Virus record (IMG/VR): IMGVR_UViG_3300037264_002141
Location: 1 to 47,500 of that record
DNA from: a virus
Taxonomy: Duplodnaviria; Caudoviricetes
Reading direction: 5' to 3' (one strand)
DNA: 47,500 bases
Below, one piece after another: positions 45,601 through 47,500 of this stretch (position 1 is its first letter; every line of letters begins with the position of its first letter). The notes under the pieces are model-generated. The model was not told the origin of the DNA, did no database searches, and worked only from the letters and a program-made list of their open reading frames with translations. Position numbers and translations under genes: made by a program.

Positions 45601-46256
45601 CCGGACAGCTTCCACAGGGACAGGGCGCTCGTGCCGAAGACGTGCGGCCGGATGTAGAACCGCTCCCACATCTGCCGGACGAGCCCACCGCCGACCAATT
45701 CATTCGCGACGTGCGTCCGGTAGATGCTCGTGTTATCGAGGCGGAACCCGAACCCCTCGAGATGTCGGCTCGCCCCGCGAGCGCACTCCTCGAGGTTGCC
45801 GCTCCCGCCCTCGCCCGCCGCCAACTCGAAGCCATCCACCCAGCGCCGGCGCGCCATCGCGACCTGCGCCTCGCCTTCGATCGGGCTCACGGTCGGGTCG
45901 GGCGAGTAAGCGAAGATCCCGCGCCAGTAGAACCGCGTGGTCGTGCCGAAGAGCCAAGCGATCCCGAACCACCCGCCACTCTTGCGGGTGAACGTCGCGA
46001 CGTTGAGCGGGAAGTTGGCCTCCGTGTCGAACCACGGCGACGTGATGCAGGGCGCCACGAACGGCGCGGCTTTCGGGAGGATCGGGGCGTTGTATTCGAT
46101 CGCGGCGCCGCCCGGCGGCGGTCCGGCGTTGTAGGGCGCGCGGATGATCGCGCCGACAGCTTGGTTGCTGCCAGGGTCCGTCGTCCCCTGCAGGGTCGCC
46201 ACCAGGGCGGGATCGGTGAGGTGAATCGTGTATTGGAGATACTGCGTCTTCGCCAT
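42666..46256 (-). CDS. Head-tail adaptor (tail tubular protein A) fused to a ~900-aa N-terminal lectin-like region
   Basis: C-terminal IMNKALSYIG...YPWAFATR...WMYAYRAP...FRKALTWRHAASLA is adaptor-like; N-terminus is LamG-like with YVG[ND]G repeats. Confidence 0.8.
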   Translation of the reverse strand: MAKTQYLQYTIHLTDPALVATLQGTTDPGSNQAVGAIIRAPYNAGPPPGGAAIEYNAPILPKAAPFVAPCITSPWFDTEANFPLNVATFTRKSGGWFGIAWLFGTTTRFYWRGIFAYSPDPTVSPIEGEAQVAMARRRWVDGFELAAGEGGSGNLEECARGASRHLEGFGFRLDNTSIYRTHVANELVGGGLVRQMWERFYIRPHVFGTSALSLWKLSGASTPAGGVRLSITTSGQLLIEGGSDLTWAPIPIATVDGLTLHTWTRIDVLWRFYDGAIPCAFLLCLDGALKFSGSSEFGTTGLGQSQLGNWSRIGDGIASNGHVCDVDDWIGSDWPTAGVGPGLFPGLDWNNGSRVTRIAVDHASATNGTWTGPSVQLLKQRPLGETTNPYFSSSTASDRLSMVTDAVRSIDRIKNAIGIAALIVGKHGSRVGPANGQLGYKFPGAGEVLTAITEQAVWAWNYVGYVPSGVVQPLTPLEGLEIVYVKDTGATGAQCVELQAVAEVLGQFYEEDKNPDSDAGEEDPAPEPRQLMHHNAAYPRSPWALAGPPPFSPIEIVGGTYVGNGTLIELPIAVPVHFLFIRNVTDPNQMPMIWTPPLNTGHGGGQLVYRAVGPVEVLVDPAFPEPVAEDDQSMRVLIRLVGTLAFFNAVGKTYQYIAFCDPGMRFCLADVLQAVRVNSYVQPLGYAGWTPEYALVQGEDSSASTDVRGFLKGIGHTTSYASQFGAAEAASSLTLAENALTVGSALVTALVNALSAAFILWRRHDGNNDPGEARVLQLATYVGDGAASRTISLAPASGRRPLFAIVTPHNGVSYWRDPSHTTTSSYNLTSGATIATAITSGGIDQITVGSTLNGNGIVHDVFVLPGSATAGNGGWSINGEFYPVEPEMPDGGDGTPWDEEPDEPSETPGEEPPPGPGEPGGPGWPGAPEGPEEDRDFSEHCLDPSVKIMNKALSYIGISKQIGNILTELSVEAVTARLHYSDDASATLRDYPWAFATRYELLTLVRGPGDAITLVQAWTAATPYLTGDTVRLGATLYYCVLGHTNHTPPNVTYWTTTSTDEANGDWMYAYRAPSWMIFARRIVNPDKSRRDYDPDPPRFRVGTDNRGTLIYTEAEDPELEYTYRLDCVAESGDSIFRKALTWRHAASLAPTLSRDEKKVMFCLAMYQATLEEARVRDAREQQQSPEGDVDWITGRN

Positions 46257-46307
46257 TGCGCCCTCACAGCCTCACCGCGCAACCCGCCGCCCTGCTGCGC
46301 CTCGAGG

Positions 46308-46667
46308 CTAGCCGTCGCCGAGCACGTCCTGCGCGCCGGTGACGACCTGGCCGCCGAGGATCTTGTCGTGGTGCTGGCGGAGCGACTGCGCCGCCGTCGT
46401 CATCCGTTCCGGCGTTCGCACGTCGACCCGTTCCATCCACTTCTCGGAGAAGGCGCGCTCGTCCGCGATGAGGAAGACGTCGCCCTCGCGCCGGCGCGCG
46501 TGGTCGTAGTAGCCCATCTCAAGGGCGCGCACCTTGATCGGATGCGGCTTTGGCACGGGCGGCGGGTTGCGCGGTGGCACGCCGCCCGGCCTGATCCGCG
46601 CGGTGATCGGTCGTGCCGTCGTTTTCGGCGGAGTCGGTGTCGGCCTGACCGCCTTATGTGTGATCAT
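46308..46667 (-). CDS. Small head-tail region protein
   Basis: IKVRALEMGYY....REGDVF.I.....KWME; GAGGAGCAGGA RBS. Confidence 0.65.
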   Translation of the reverse strand: MITHKAVRPTPTPPKTTARPITARIRPGGVPPRNPPPVPKPHPIKVRALEMGYYDHARRREGDVFLIADERAFSEKWMERVDVRTPERMTTAAQSLRQHHDKILGGQVVTGAQDVLGDG

Positions 46668-46682
46668 CGTCCTGCTCCTCGC

Positions 46683-47000
46683 TTAGGTGAACCGTCCCAC
46701 GGCGAGCACAGTGGATCCCGCGCCCGTCGTGACTTTCCAGCCCGGCGTCGTGGCGTTCACGCACACCGCGCCGATCTCGACACAATAGACGCCGACGCCG
46801 GCGCCGACCGCGTCCGGCAGAATCGGCACGGCCGCGCCGTTGCCGTCTTTGATGCTGACTGCGGAGGTCAACGCCGTGCCGACCGTGATGATGAGTCGCT
46901 GGAGGATGTCGCCCACGTGGCCGGTCGGTCCGAGGATCTGGTCGGCCTGACCCGCCGCGACGGCTTCGTAGTCGGTCCGTTTCACAGACATGAGGCTCAT
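46683..47000 (-). CDS. Small beta-rich virion protein
   Basis: LGPTG..GD.L.RLII...GWKVTTGAG..V.AVG.F; position in the structural operon. Confidence 0.6.
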   Translation of the reverse strand: MSLMSVKRTDYEAVAAGQADQILGPTGHVGDILQRLIITVGTALTSAVSIKDGNGAAVPILPDAVGAGVGVYCVEIGAVCVNATTPGWKVTTGAGSTVLAVGRFT

Positions 47001-47027
47001 CTCCGTTAGTGCCGGGTTGAGCGACGT

Positions 47028-47058
47028 TGCCGGCCAGGTCCTTGAGACCCGGCCGGCA
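47028..47058 (-). other. GC hairpin after the 125-aa gene
   Basis: tgccggcc (47028-47035) pairs with ggccggca (47051-47058), with an inner ggtc/gacc stem. Confidence 0.5.
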
Positions 47059-47066
47059 GAGGTCTC

Positions 47067-47444
47067 TTACGCCGCCGGGGTGACGGCCTGGATGAACTCA
47101 GCGATCCAGGTGTTCGCGGCCACGCACCGCAACCGCACGGCACTGCCCGCGACCGCGGCGAACGTCAAGGTGGTGTTACCGCCCGCCGTGCCGTCCCAGA
47201 TGTTCGCTGCCGCGGAGGTCACGACGTGCGCGAAGTCGGTGCCCCCGAGAATGGTCACCTTGCGCCCCACGTGCTTGGCCGTGGGCGCCGCCAGGGTGTA
47301 GGCGCCTGCGTCGGCGTGCATGAGCCACAACACGAGATCGCTGTCCTCCGGTAGGGGCAGCACACCCTCCGCCGTGTAGATCAGAATCTCGTCCGGGGCG
47401 AACGCGGCCCGGTGTGGATAGAAATGCGTGCGTGGTCGTGCCAT
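47067..47444 (-). CDS. Small beta-rich virion protein (possible capsid fibre/decoration)
   Basis: GAGGAG RBS; AYTLAAP....G..VTI...TDFAHVVT...TFAA..G; follows the cement gene across the junction. Confidence 0.65.
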   Translation of the reverse strand: MARPRTHFYPHRAAFAPDEILIYTAEGVLPLPEDSDLVLWLMHADAGAYTLAAPTAKHVGRKVTILGGTDFAHVVTSAAANIWDGTAGGNTTLTFAAVAGSAVRLRCVAANTWIAEFIQAVTPAA

Positions 47445-47468
47445 GTCCAGAACTCCTCAGAAAGGGAG

Positions 47469-47500
47469 TCGACGGGCCGGAACCACGTGAGGTCCCGGCC
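47469..47500. repeat. Terminal 32-bp direct repeat (copy 2)
   Basis: Identical to nt 1-32. Confidence 0.95.

Noticed and set aside
45-47301. Many long plus-strand ORFs (e.g. 3405-4802, 15421-17040, 28281-30449, 45474-47009)
   Set aside because: They are antisense shadows of high-GC3 minus-strand genes, with Arg/Leu/Val-skewed composition and no recognisable motifs.
1-47500. Very frequent CTCGAG/GTCGAC/TCGA
   Set aside because: Mostly explained by preferred codon pairs (CTC-GAG, GTC-GAC). A codon-preserving shuffle test would be needed to claim more.

Overview
The window is an apparently complete, circularly assembled, high-GC tailed-phage genome of about 47,468 bp; nt 1-32 recur exactly at 47469-47500. 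Its architecture resembles Bordetella phage BPP-1 and epsilon15 podoviruses, and every convincing gene is on the minus strand. In transcription order, an early and replication region (22163 to 11123) encodes a KTSC protein, an RHH-like protein, a Mgm101/Rad52-like annealase, an exonuclease, an HNH nuclease, small ORFs, an Irc3-like helicase, a RuvC-like resolvase, a degenerate MT-A70 and a PD-(D/E)XK nuclease. Next come a holin with envelope genes, terminases, portal, scaffold, capsid and cement. Across the junction lie the tail adaptor, nozzle, ejection proteins including a ~3,430-aa polyvalent protein, a tail fibre and a second lysis cassette. I see no integrase, CI, DNA polymerase, primase, reverse transcriptase/DGR, tRNA or CRISPR array. 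Main leads: (1) a probable -1 frameshift adding an amphipathic tail to a secreted protein in the holin cluster; (2) a 13-bp palindromic operator on four sigma70-like promoters with a candidate RHH repressor; (3) a 3xART + GNAT + zincin injected polyprotein; (4) an adaptor fused to a ~900-aa lectin-like appendage; (5) NNGGC pentamer arrays in two gene leaders. All family calls come from motif recognition by eye, not database searches.
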